Positions 1 through 10,503 of a DNA stretch of 64,000 nt are shown here, one piece after another. The stretch is from positions 56,482,001-56,546,000 of the forward strand of contig CM069139.1 of assembly GCA_035221665.1 (NCBI GenBank), in the 5' to 3' direction. This DNA is from Okamejei kenojei. Its lineage: Eukaryota. Made by a program: the position numbers and the translations under genes. Under the pieces are notes generated by a model. The model worked only from the letters and a program-made list of their open reading frames with translations. It was not told the DNA's origin and searched no databases. Positions within the stretch are counted from its first letter, which is position 1. The number at the start of each line of letters is the position of its first letter.

Positions 1-201
1 TACTGGAGGGTATAGCTTGGTGAGAGGGGAACAGTTTAAAGGAGATGTATGAAGCAAGGTTTATCCACAGGGGGTGATGAGTGCCTGCAATGTGCTGTCG
101 GGGGTGGTGGTTGAAGCAGATATGTTAGTGGTATTTAAGAGGCTTTTGGATAGGCATTTGGATATGCAGAGGATGGATGGACATGGGTTGATGTGTAGGT
201 A
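1..201 (+). mobile_element. CR1-type LINE 3' fragment, left part (split by the Tc1 insertion; continues at 1821-1885)
   Basis: Matches the 3' ORF2/UTR of other CR1 copies here (e.g. 35930-36215). Sequence resumes after the Tc1 element as 'tagataagtg...gtgctgtactgttcta'. Confidence 0.75.
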
Positions 202-414
202 CAGTGGCTTGCAAAAGTACTCATACCCCTTGAACTTTTCCACATTTTGTCACGTTACAACCACAAATATAAATGTATTTTATTGGGATTTTATGTGATA
301 GACCAACACAAAGTGGCGCATAATTGTGAAGTGGAAGGAAAATGATACATGGTTTTCAAATTTTTTTCCAAATAAAAAACTGAAAGGTGTGGCGTGCAAA
401 AGTATTCAGCGCCC
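202..414 (+). repeat. Left terminal inverted repeat of the Tc1 element
   Basis: Reverse complement of 1608-1820. Outer DR tgcaaaagtactcatacccc, inner DR tgcaaaagtattcagcgccc. Confidence 0.92.
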
Positions 415-590
415 TTTACTCTGATACCCCTAAATAAAATCCAGTGCAAGCAATTGCCTTCAGAAGTCACCTAATTAGTAAATAAAGTCCACTTGTGTGT
501 AATCTAATCTCAGTATAAATATAGCTGTTCTGTGAAGGCCTCAGAGGTTTGTTAGAGAACATTATTGACAAACAATGTTCCTTGGGCATC

Positions 591-1602
591 ATGAAGCTCA
601 AGGAACACACCAGACAGGTCAGGGATAAAGTTGTGGAGAGGTTTAAAGCAGGGTTAGGTTATAAAAAAAAACCCAAGCTTTGAACATCTCATGGAGCACT
701 ATTCAATCCAACATCTGAAAATGGAAAGAGTATGGCACAACTGCAAACCTACCAAGACATGGCCATCCACCTAAACTGACAGGTCGGGCAAGGAGAGCAT
801 TAATCAGAGAAGCAGCCAAGAGGCCCATGGTAACTCTGGAGGAGCTGCAGAGATCTACAGCTCAGGTGGGAGGATCTGCCCACAGGACAACTATTAGTCG
901 TGCACTCCACAAATCGGGCCTTTCTGGAAAAGTGGCAAGAAGAAAGCCATTGTTGAAACAAAGCCATAAGATGTCCCATTTGCAGTTTGCCACGTGGGGG
1001 ACACATAAAACATGTGGAGGAAGGTGCTCAGGTCTGGTGAGACCAAAATTGAAGTTTTTGGCCTAAATGCAAAACGCTATGTGTGGCGGAAAACTAACAC
1101 TGCACATCACCCTGAACACACCATCCCCACTGTGAAACATGGTGGTGGCAGCATCATGCTGTGGGGATGCTTTTCTTCAGCAGGGACAGGGAAGTTGGTC
1201 AGAGTTGATGGGAAGATGGATGGAGCCAAATACAGGGCAAATTTGGAAGAAAACCTGTTAGAGTCTGCAAAAGACTTGAGACTGGGGCGGAGGTTCACCT
1301 TCCAGCAGGACAACGACCCTAAACATACAGCCAGAGCTGCAATGGAATGGTTTATATCAAAGCATATTCATGTGTTAGAATGGCCCAGTCAAAGTCCAGA
1401 CCTAAATCCAATTGAGAATCTCTGGCAAGACTTGAAAATTGCTGTTCACAGACGCTCTCCATCCAATCTGACTGAGCTTGAGCTATTTTGCAAAGAAGAA
1501 TGGGCAAAGATTTCAGACTCTAGATGTGCAAAGCTGGTAGAGAGATACCCCAAAAGACTTGCAGCTGTAATTGCAGCGAAAGGTGGTTCTACAAAGTATT
1601 GA
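591..1602 (+). pseudogene. Tc1 transposase (DD34E), frameshifted
   Basis: ATG at 591 (MKLKEHTRQVRDKVVERFKAGLGYKK), GHPPKL (GRPxK-like), ARRKPLL, TVKHGGGSIMLWGCF, QQDND...SPDLNPIE with 34-aa spacing, ends AKGGSTKY*. Frameshifts near 665 and 990. First catalytic motif is SGE instead of SDE. Confidence 0.95.
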
Positions 1603-1607
1603 CTCAG

Positions 1608-1820
1608 GGGGGCTGAATACTTTTGCACGCCACGCTTTTCAGTTTTTTATTTGTAATAAAATTTGGAAACCATGTATCATTTTCCTTCCACTTCATAATT
1701 ATGCACCACTTTGTGTTGGTCTATCACATACAATCCCAATAAAATACATTTACGTTTGTGGTTGTAACGTGACAAAATTTGGAAAAGTTCAAGGGGTATG
1801 AATACTTTTGCAAGCCACTG
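1608..1820 (-). repeat. Right terminal inverted repeat of the Tc1 element
   Basis: Reverse complement of 202-414. Confidence 0.92.
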
Positions 1821-2119
1821 TAGATAAGTGATGATCTTCGCATGATGTTCAGCCGAGACATTGTGGTTGTGCTGTACTGTTCTAAAATGGAGAACAAAAA
1901 TGGCTGCAGATACTGGAATCTGACAGGAAAAGGTGGCGAAGAATGGAATGAGTAAGGGATGGTAGCAAATGGCAACAGTAGCGAGGGAAGATTTGAGCAG
2001 GAGGGTGGGGGGAAGAGGATCTAGTGGGAGAAGTGGGCGGTGGGGATTAGGGCTAGGGTGAGATGACTCCTCCTTCATAAGTCTCAGAAGAGCTGAGCCT
2101 CTGAGTGCAGAATTGTGGA

Positions 2120-2406
2120 GGGTGGCACTGCTGGTAGACGTGCTGCCTCACAGCACCAGAGACCTGGGTTTGATCCTGACCTCGGGTGCTGTCGGTGTGA
2201 AGTTTGCCCATTCTCCTTTTGACTGCATGGGTTTCCTTTGGAAGCTCTGTTACCTCCCACATCGCAAAGACATGCAGGTTAGTAGAATAATTGGCCTCTG
2301 TGAAGTGCCCCTAGTATGCAGGGAGCGGCAAGTTCAATGAACTAATGCAAACGGGTGATCTGTGGGCCTAAAAGCCTATTTCTGTGCTGGATCTCTAAAC
2401 TAAACT
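2120..2406 (+). mobile_element. tRNA-derived V-SINE (HE1-like)
   Basis: tRNA-like head (ggtggcac..., gggtttgatcct B box), V-domain-like core, CR1-like tail ending (ctaaa)n. Confidence 0.8.
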
Positions 2407-2559
2407 GTTCTGAGGCTTACGAGGAGGAGGCATCTTTGTAAGATGCGAAGATGGGAGAGTGTGAAAGTGTAGATGGTAGGAAAGAGAGACTGAGGGAATG
2501 TGAGAGAGAGAGAGAAAGAGAGACTGAGGGGATGTTCATACCATTGGGTTGTAGAATAC

Positions 2560-2830
2560 CCAGGCAGAATATTAGGAGTTGTTTCTCTAGCTTACCAGTG
2601 GAGGAGGCTAATGACAGACAAATCGATATGGGAATGGGAAGGGTGTGTAAAATGGCCTGCAACCATGAGATCCCGACGGCCACAGCAACACAGCGCAGGT
2701 ACTCAGTAAAGTGCTCGCCTACTCTGCGCTTCATCTCACAGATGCAAAGGGGGCCACAACGAGAGCACCAAATGCAGGAGATGAGAGTGGAGGATGTGCA
2801 GATGAATCAGTGCCTCATCTGAAAGGTTGT
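2560..2830 (-). mobile_element. Penelope-like element GIY-YIG fragment
   Basis: MKRRVGEHFTEYLR...KLEKQLLIFCLGILQPNGMNI resembles the cleaner copy at 8343-8598. Confidence 0.75.
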
Positions 2831-2871
2831 TTAGGTTCCTGGATGGAAGTGTTGGAGAAGGTTTAGTTTTG

Positions 2872-3002
2872 AGTCTGAAGAAAGGTCTTGACCTGAAATG
2901 TCACCAATTCCTTTTCTCCAGAGATGCTGCCCGGCCCACTGTTACTCCAGCATTTTGCGTCTATCTTCGGTGTAAACCAGCATCTGCAGTTCTTTCTTAC
3001 AC
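2872..3002 (+). mobile_element. Penelope-derived terminal repeat with hammerhead-like motif (2875-2902)
   Basis: CTGAAGA-A-AGGT-CTTG-ACCT-GAAA-TGTC followed by the family tail ccagagatgctgcc...gttactccagca...ccagcatctgcag. Confidence 0.75.
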
Positions 3003-3004
3003 AA

Positions 3005-3310
3005 GTTTAGCTTTAGTTTGGTTTAGTTTAGAGTTACAGCGCAGATAGGGGCCCTTCGGCCCACCGAGTCCGTACCGACGCTCGATCCCCATCCGCAAGC
3101 ACTATCCCACACACGAGGGACAATTTATAATTTTTATCGAAGCCAATTAACCTACAAACCTTTGGAATGTGGGAAGAAACCAGAGCACCCGGAGAAACCC
3201 AACATGGTCACGGGGTAAACATACGAACTGCATTCAGGCAGCACCCATAGGCAGGATCAAACCCGAGTCTCCGGGGCTTTAAGGCAACCCTACCGCCATG
3301 CCACGTGCCA
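3005..3310 (-). mobile_element. V-SINE (HE1-like)
   Basis: Reverse-complement SINE: (tttag)n tail, gcccttcggcccaccgagtcc, aagccaattaacctacaaacc, caggatcaaacccg. Confidence 0.8.
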
Positions 3311-3966
3311 CATAATGATAGGTGTTACACCTCCTATGATTGCAGGGAAAATTGCCCGGAGAGGGGGAAGCATGAGTGGGGAGGGATGAGTAAACCAGGG
3401 AGTCAGAGGGAGTGAGAGGTTCTTGACTCCCTAGTTCACTCATCCCTCCCTTTCGCCACATACTTTCTCCTGAAATCCCTCCTACAATTTAGTTTAGAGA
3501 TGTTATCAGGCAACAGTACCATCCTATCAACAATTAGAGAGCCGTCCTGCATTATCATCTACCTCATTGGAGACCCTTGGACGATTATTAATCAGACTTT
3601 AGTGGACTTTATCTTGCACTAAACGTTATTCCCTTTATCCTGCATCTGTACACTGTGCATGGCTTGATTGCAATCTTGTATAGTCTTTCAGTTGACTGGA
3701 TAGCACACAACAAAATAATTTTTCACAGTACCTCAGTACACGTGTCAATAAACTAAACTAAACTGTCTGTCCACGGCTTCCCCCACTGAGAGGGTGAAGT
3801 CAAATGCAAACTAGAGGAACAGCTTCTCATATTCTGCTTGGACCATCTACTACCTAACGCCATGAATATTGAATTCTCTAATTTTAGGGAACCTCCACCC
3901 TCTTTAAACCTTCCTCTCTTTTCCTATTTGCCATGTCCTCTCACATACACCCCTTTCTCACCTTAC

Positions 3967-3967
<1 letters not shown>

Positions 3968-4031
<64 letters not shown>
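3968..4031. repeat. 64-nt poly(C) tract
   Basis: Homopolymer seen directly. It produces the poly-Pro ORF at 3838-4047. Confidence 0.95.
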
Positions 4032-4033
<2 letters not shown>

Positions 4034-4079
4034 CCTCTATCACTTAGTTTCTATTACTACCTCCTCCACTCACTACGCC

Positions 4080-5075
4080 TAATAGATTATAATGCCGAGG
4101 CTCTATAAGGCACTGGTCAGACCACATTTGGAATATTGTGAGTGGATTTGGGCCCCAGATCGGAGGAAGGATGTGCTGGTGTGGGAGAGGGTGCCAGAGG
4201 ATGGAGCCAGTAATGAGCGAGGAGCAGGGCCAGTCGGCGAGGGAACCGGGGTCTGGCCTTGAGATCTGCTGCGGGAGACGCTCCCAGGGCATAAAGGTGG
4301 ACGGACGGGCAAGGAGAGGAATGCCGTGTCCAAGGAAGGCGATGGCTGGAGGCCTGCTTTAGCCTGGGGCTTGCCTAGATTTGGCACTGCTCATAAGAAC
4401 TAGAGTGCGGAAGGCACTGTGAAAATAGCACCCAAAAATGGCGCCTCTTGCATGTGGGCTGAGTAGACTATTTTTGCACACTTACTGATCAGGGATCTGC
4501 TTGGGTACGGGAATATTGTACTAGACTATATGTAAGAAAATACCTTCACTGTGCATTTGTACATGTGACAATAAAACCCATCATTGAACCATTGAGTAGG
4601 TTTACAAGAATGATCCCTGGGATCTTTGGGTTAAGCTATTAATTAAGCGATTGATGACTCTGGGCCTGCACTCGCAAGAGTTTAGAAAGATGAGGAGGGA
4701 CCTCATTGAAACTTACAGAATAGTGAAATGTCTGGATAGAATGGATATGGAGAGGATGTTTCCACCAGAGGGAGATTCTAGGACGAGCGGCCACAGCCTC
4801 AGAAGAAAAGGACGTACCTTTGGGAAGGAGATATACAGGAATTTCTTTAGCCCAAAGGTGGTGATTCTGTGGAATTCATTGCCACGGATAGCTGTGGGGG
4901 TCAAGATATTATTATTTTTTTTAATGGAGATTGATAATATTATTGATTGGTAGGGGTGTCAAAGGTAATGGGGAGAAGGCAGGAGAATAGGGTTGAGATG
5001 GAAAAATAGATCAGCCATGATGGAATGGCGGAGCAGACTTGATGGGCCGAATGGCCTAATTCTGCTCATGTCTTA
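4080..5075 (+). mobile_element. CR1-type LINE 3' fragment interrupted by a ~400-bp insert (4201-4597)
   Basis: LYKALVRPHLEYCEWIWAP, then LGLHSQEFRKMRRDLIETYRIVK...NFFSPKVVILWNSLP. CR1 sequence 'ccagagg|aggtttacaag' is split by the insert. Confidence 0.85.
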
Positions 5076-7419
5076 TTACCTTTTTCCTACCTCTCCTACT
5101 GCTCATCCATGTTCTCCCTGTTTTCCCCACCTGCTCCAACCTCTCATTCAGGACCATTCTTCACCTTCCTTTCCTATCAAATTCCAGAATCTGCAGCCTT
5201 TTATTCTGCATTCATCATCTCCCAGTCTCTGTCGCTATCTCCATCCTTCCTTCCCCCACCTGACTGTCATGTGTTAATCAACCCCTCATCACCTGTGTCT
5301 ACATATCACTTGGAGAAGAAAGGAATTGCAGATGCTCGAAAAAAAAGACACAAAGTGCAGGAGGAAGCGTCCTATCATGGAACGTCACCTATCCATGCTT
5401 TCTGGGAATGCTGCCTGATCCGCTGTTACATTTGTGTATTTTTTTCAACGTATCGCTTGTTAGCTCTAGGCCCTCCCCCTTTCCTCACCTCTTTATATAG
5501 GCAATTTCCCTTCTAATCATTCATTCTAGGTCTGAAACGTGTCTGTCCATTTCCCTCCACAGATGCTGCCTGACCTGTTGAGTTCTTCTGGGTGCTCTCT
5601 TTTATTTTTGCATGTTGTTATTCCAATTCTCTACACTGGGTGGCAGCAACATCCATTGAATGAAAAAGCCTCTGATCACTGATCATAAACCTGTTTTGAT
5701 TTTAGTGTCTTGGGAGATAAGATAACACATCTTCTTTCTAAATATAGACATAGATGCTGTACATTGTTTCTTTCATATACAATTCTGAGCCTGAGATAAG
5801 CAACTGGATAGGAGCAACTAAAAAAAATCTTTTTAAATGAACACAAATAGAGATATTATTTTGTTCCCAAAGGAAAAACTGTATTGTACAAACAGTGGAA
5901 TCTTTGCAGGGGAAAATAAACCAATTTGCTCTCGGCTCTTTAAGAGAGCAATTCCTCTCCCCTCAAACAGTTGTGACTCAAAAGAAACCTGACAGAATAT
6001 CAATTTTATTAATCATAATTGTTACCAGGTGTATAAATGTCATGGTTGCCTTATTTAGCAAATTACTTTAATTATTTATAGCCAACCACAATTGCTTTTG
6101 TTCTAATTCTTGCACTTCTATATTATAAACTATTCTTGATAATGTTCAATTGTTTCCTGCAGTTAAGAAGAACTAAATTATCCAATTAAGTGAAATTAGT
6201 TACATCAGACAATAAACTAGGAATTTATTAATAATATATTTTATTGCTTGAAAATGCAAATTCAGCGGCTTTGACACCATCTGCATTAGAAACCTAAATT
6301 ACATTTGTTTCACTGATCGGAAAAAGACCTAAAAATATAGTGCCATAAATCTCACCAAGGCAGTAATTATAGTGTAATTAGTTTTTGGCACAAGATGGGT
6401 TAATTCTACACTGACATTACTGCCTTAACGTAAATACAGTCTGAATCCAGAGACAAGTCTTTACCCAAGTAAAGCAATGTGTGACTCATGCAAAGAAAAT
6501 AATCCTCTGGCGACTTTGTTCCTGAGTGAAATAGTATTGAACTCTGGATTTATAAACTAAAATGCGGCCTGGCAGTGTAGAATTCCATGCAAAGAGAGAT
6601 CAAAAATGCTATAGCAACTTGGTGGGTCAGGTGGAGAACATGGATAGGTAATGTTTCGGGTCGGGACCCTTCTCAATTAAGTAACTTCTCAATATGTTTC
6701 CACTTTGTGCTGATTTTTGCAAAACATAAGTTAATATAAAAACCTGTGAACTAGAAACTTGATCAGGGCATTGAGCACCACTTATCCACTCCACTCGTCA
6801 GTAAGATCTAGTCAGTAAGTGTCACATTCTTGTACTAACTCCAAAACCTTTTGCATCTTAATACCCAATTATGCAAACAATTACTTAAGAATTCCACAGA
6901 TTCTGCCCACATGGTGTAAAACTTCTGTTGTGGCGAAAATTTGGTCTCTTTGCTAAACTGTGCAGATCTCTTGGGTCCTCATTCATTCCAACTTTGAACA
7001 ACAATTTCAGTTTTACATCCAGGAGTCAAACGATTTTTAGAGATTCAGTACCTGCATTGAATTAGTAACTGGCACACAAATCTGAATGCAAATGTAAAGC
7101 TTAAAGCTATTAAGACTTTACTAGCACATCAATATATTTGTAATTGTTAAACTCTAACAAGAAGATTTCCCCAAATTAATTAGTCCTGTCCTCAACTCAG
7201 TCCCATCCATCACCAGCTACCCACATCAAAGCCCTACTTTCAACTCGAAAACCGAGCCCTCATATTTGGCACATTTGAGGAATTGTGTTGCTTGAATTGC
7301 AGTGACATATTCCCTAGTTACTCTGTTGATTTACTTCACCATTTGCAAGGGAGCAGTCCACGTTATGTTAGGTGTGGCTTTTGGAATATTGGATTTCACT
7401 GAGTAGATGGGCGGGACAC

Positions 7420-7800
7420 AAGTGAGGCATTTGCTTTTCAGTCTCGAGCCTGTTGGTTCAGATCCCACTCAAAACATGAGCACAACATCTATGTTGGTGC
7501 TGCAGGGCAGGACTGAGCACTGCAGCTTTGGAAAGTACTGTGTTAGAGATGAAATATGAACTTGGCACCTTCTCAGGTGAATGAATGTACAACAGCCCAT
7601 GGCACTATTCAGTGCTGATCAGGAGAGCTTTCCTGGCCAGTATGTATACTTCTGCAAATATATGCTGTTTATGGAAACCTAATGTTTGGAAAACACAGCC
7701 ACCTTTTCTACGTTATGACATAGCTTGCACTTGAATAGTAATTTATTGAGTACATTGGGATGACTTAAGTTTGTGATCGATGCGATACCAATGCGGTTGT
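7420..7800 (+). mobile_element. Degenerate Deu-domain SINE (SacSINE1/AmnSINE-like)
   Basis: Contains ctcaggtgaatg...cccatggcactattc...tcctggccagtat, resembling the Deu core from memory. tRNA-like ggttcagatccc near the 5' end. Confidence 0.6.
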
Positions 7801-8009
7801 GCATCTAAATGCTACAGAAATGTAGCTGTGCATCTAAATGCTGTGCAAATGCAGATGTGCATGAGGCTAAAATCAAATTATTTTTTTCAAGTCCAATTAA
7901 CAGGGATCAACAAAGATTTTTGCTTTGTTTCCAGTTTGGTTTGAAAGGACACAAAGTGCTGGAGTAACTCACCAGGTCAAGAAACGTCTCTGGAGAACAT
8001 GGATAGGTG

Positions 8010-8598
8010 GTGGGGTTACACAAAAAGCTGGAGAAACTCAGCGGGTGCAGCAGCATCTAAGGAGCGAAGGAGATAGGCGATGTTTCGGGTCGAGACCCTT
8101 CTTCAGACTGGTCAGGGATCAGGGAAACGAGAGATATAGACGGTGATGTGGAGAGATAAAGAACAATGAGTGAAAGATATGCAAAAAAGTATCGATGATA
8201 AAGGGAACAAGCCATTGTAAGCTGTTTGTGGTGTGAAAATTAGAAGCTAGTGCGACTAGGGTGGGGGAGGGAGATAGAGATAGAGGGAATGCCAGGGCCC
8301 GAGGGCTGAGGGAGAGGTGGGAGGGGGAGGAGACAGCAGGGGTTAACAGAATTGAGAAAATTCAATGTTCAAGCCCAAAGGATGCAGACTCCCCAAGCGG
8401 AATATGAGGTGCTGTTCCTCCAACTTGCGGTGTTGCTCACTCTGGCTATGGAGGAGGCCCAGGACCGAGAGGTCGGATACGGAATGGGAGGGGGAGTTGA
8501 AGTGCTGAGCGACCGGGAGGTCGGGTTGGTTTTTGCGGACCGAGCGGAGGTGTTCGGCGAAACGATCGCCAAGCCTCCGCTTGGTCTCACCGATATAT
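8010..8598 (-). mobile_element. Penelope-like retroelement 3' fragment: GIY-YIG endonuclease C-terminus plus pseudo-LTR with hammerhead motif
   Basis: IYIGETKRRLGDRFAEHLRSV...PVAQHFNS...EEQHLIFRLGSLHPLGLNIEF* (8343-8598), followed by CTGAAGAAGGGTCTCGACCCGAAACATC (8106-8079). Confidence 0.9.
8079..8106 (-). ncRNA. Putative minimal hammerhead ribozyme core (PLE-associated)
   Basis: CUGAAGA-A-GGGU(CUCG)ACCC-GAAA-CAUC. Stem II is perfect. The ACGU palindrome has decayed to ACAU, consistent with CpG loss. Confidence 0.6.
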
Positions 8599-9184
8599 AT
8601 GATGGTTCGGGTCAGGACTTCTCCAGACCCCAAATCAGACGGTTTCTATGATATTTGTAATTTTTTTTGCAAAACATAAGAATATAAAAAGCTCTGGAAC
8701 ACAGGCATAATCAGGCCATTAGGCACCACTTATCTATTCCACTAGTCATTAAGATCAAGGATGATCTTTTACCTCAGTGTTAAATTCTTATCCAACATTC
8801 TTATCTAACTCCAACACCATTTGCATCTATAAACTCAATATTATTTTCATTCACATTACTGCTTCCATAACATTCGCCAAACATACTGGGAGCATTTTAA
8901 TAAAACCCCAAACATAGAGAAGTCATGACATAATGGTTACAAATTGTTGTTTTTTTCATCACACAGATAAATATACACCTTTATGTTTCCAATCCATTGG
9001 AAATCTTTCATCCCAACCTTCCTTAATTTCAATTAACTGCATCACAGCGAATCTCTATGCAGAGTTTATAAATGTAGACTGTTCTTATATGTCAGGATAC
9101 AGTCAATGCCCACAGTGAACAGAAAGATAGAAATTGTTGTGTTGTTGTTCAGTCTGCACATTTACATTTTCCATATCGTACATC

Positions 9185-9780
9185 GTTAGTTTAGTTGTGA
9201 GATACAGCGTGGAATCACTCCCTTCGGCCCACCAAGTCCATGCCGATCATCGATCATCTGTTCACACTAGTTCTATGCTGACCCCATTCCGCGTCCACTC
9301 CCCGCACACTAGGGGCAATTTACAGAGGGCCAATTAACCTACAAACCTACACGTCTTTGAGATGTTGGAGGAAACCGGAGCACCCGTAGGAAACAATCGC
9401 AGTCACATTGAGAAGGTACAAACTCCAATACAGACAGCACCTGAGGTCTGGATCAAACCCATGTCTCTGGTGCTGTGAGGCAGCAGCTCTACCAGTTGCG
9501 CCACTGTGCCATCTAAAACCTGCGTGGTTTCATAACTTTAGACTTCAGAGATAAGCACGGAAACAGGCCCTTCAGCCCTCCGAGTCCACGCCGACCACTA
9601 GCACTATCCTACACACTAGGGACAATTTACAATTTTACCTAGGCCAATTAACCTACAAATTTGCCTGTCTTTGGGGCGGGGAAGGAAATCGGAGTACTCC
9701 ATACAGACCGCACCTGAGGCCTGGATCAAACCCGAGTCTCTGCTGCTGTGAGGGCAGCAGCTCTACCAGCTGTGCCACCC
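9185..9780 (-). mobile_element. Two tandem V-SINE copies (9185-9510, 9535-9780)
   Basis: Both carry the reverse-complement SINE tail, core and tRNA head. Confidence 0.8.
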
Positions 9781-9883
9781 AATCTCTGCATGGCTTTCGT
9801 GAGTGTATCTCAACCAAAAGAACCTTGACTAAGTAACAGAGACCATGATAAAGTGAAAACACAAATTAAAAAACACACTTAAA

Positions 9884-10503
9884 TAACCATATAATCATAT
9901 AACAATTACAGCACGGAAACAGGCCCTCTCGGCCCTTCCAGTCCGTGCCGACCATTTGTTTTCCCCTAGTCCCATCTACCTGCACTCAGACCATACCCCT
10001 CCATTCCCTTCACGTCCATATACCTATCCACTTTACTCTTAAATGTTAAAATCGATCCTGCCTCCACCACTTCTGCTGGAAGCTCATTCCACACAGCCAC
10101 CACCCTCTGAGTAAAGAGGTTCCCCCTCACGTTACCCCTAAACCTCTGTCCCTTAATTCTCATGTCATGCCCTCTTGTTTGAATCTTCCCTACCCTCAAT
10201 GGGAAAAGCTTCTCCACGTCAAATCTGTCTGTCTCTTTCATCATTTTAAAAACCTCAATCAAGTCCCCCCTTAACCTTCTGCGCTCCAAAGAATAAAGAC
10301 CTAACTTGTTCAACCTTTCTCTGTAACATAGTTGCTGGAACCCTGGCAACATTCTAGTAAATCTCCTCTGTACTCTCTCTATTTTGTTGACATCCTTCCT
10401 ATAATTAGGCGACCAAAATTGTACACCATACTCCAGAATTGGTCGTACCAATGCCTTGTACAATTTTAACATTACTTCCCTACTCCTATATTCAATGCTC
10501 TGA
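9884..10503 (-). mobile_element. Young CR1/HER1-type LINE, 5'-truncated
   Basis: Open 168-aa ORF2 C-terminus (LYKALVRPILEYGVQFWSP...LERRRLRGDLIEVFK...WNELP) and (TTATATGG)n-like tail. Confidence 0.93.

Larger units (their letters stand above)
202..1820 (+). mobile_element. Full-length Tc1/mariner DNA transposon, IR/DR type, Passport-like (defective)
   Basis: TA target duplication at 200-201 and 1821-1822. Termini CAGTGGCTTGCAAAAGTA...TACTTTTGCAAGCCACTG. ~213-bp inverted repeats with inner and outer direct repeats. Internal DD34E transposase. Confidence 0.97.

Noticed and set aside
3838-4047. Poly-proline ORF
   Set aside because: Translation of a 64-nt poly(C) run next to a Penelope fragment.
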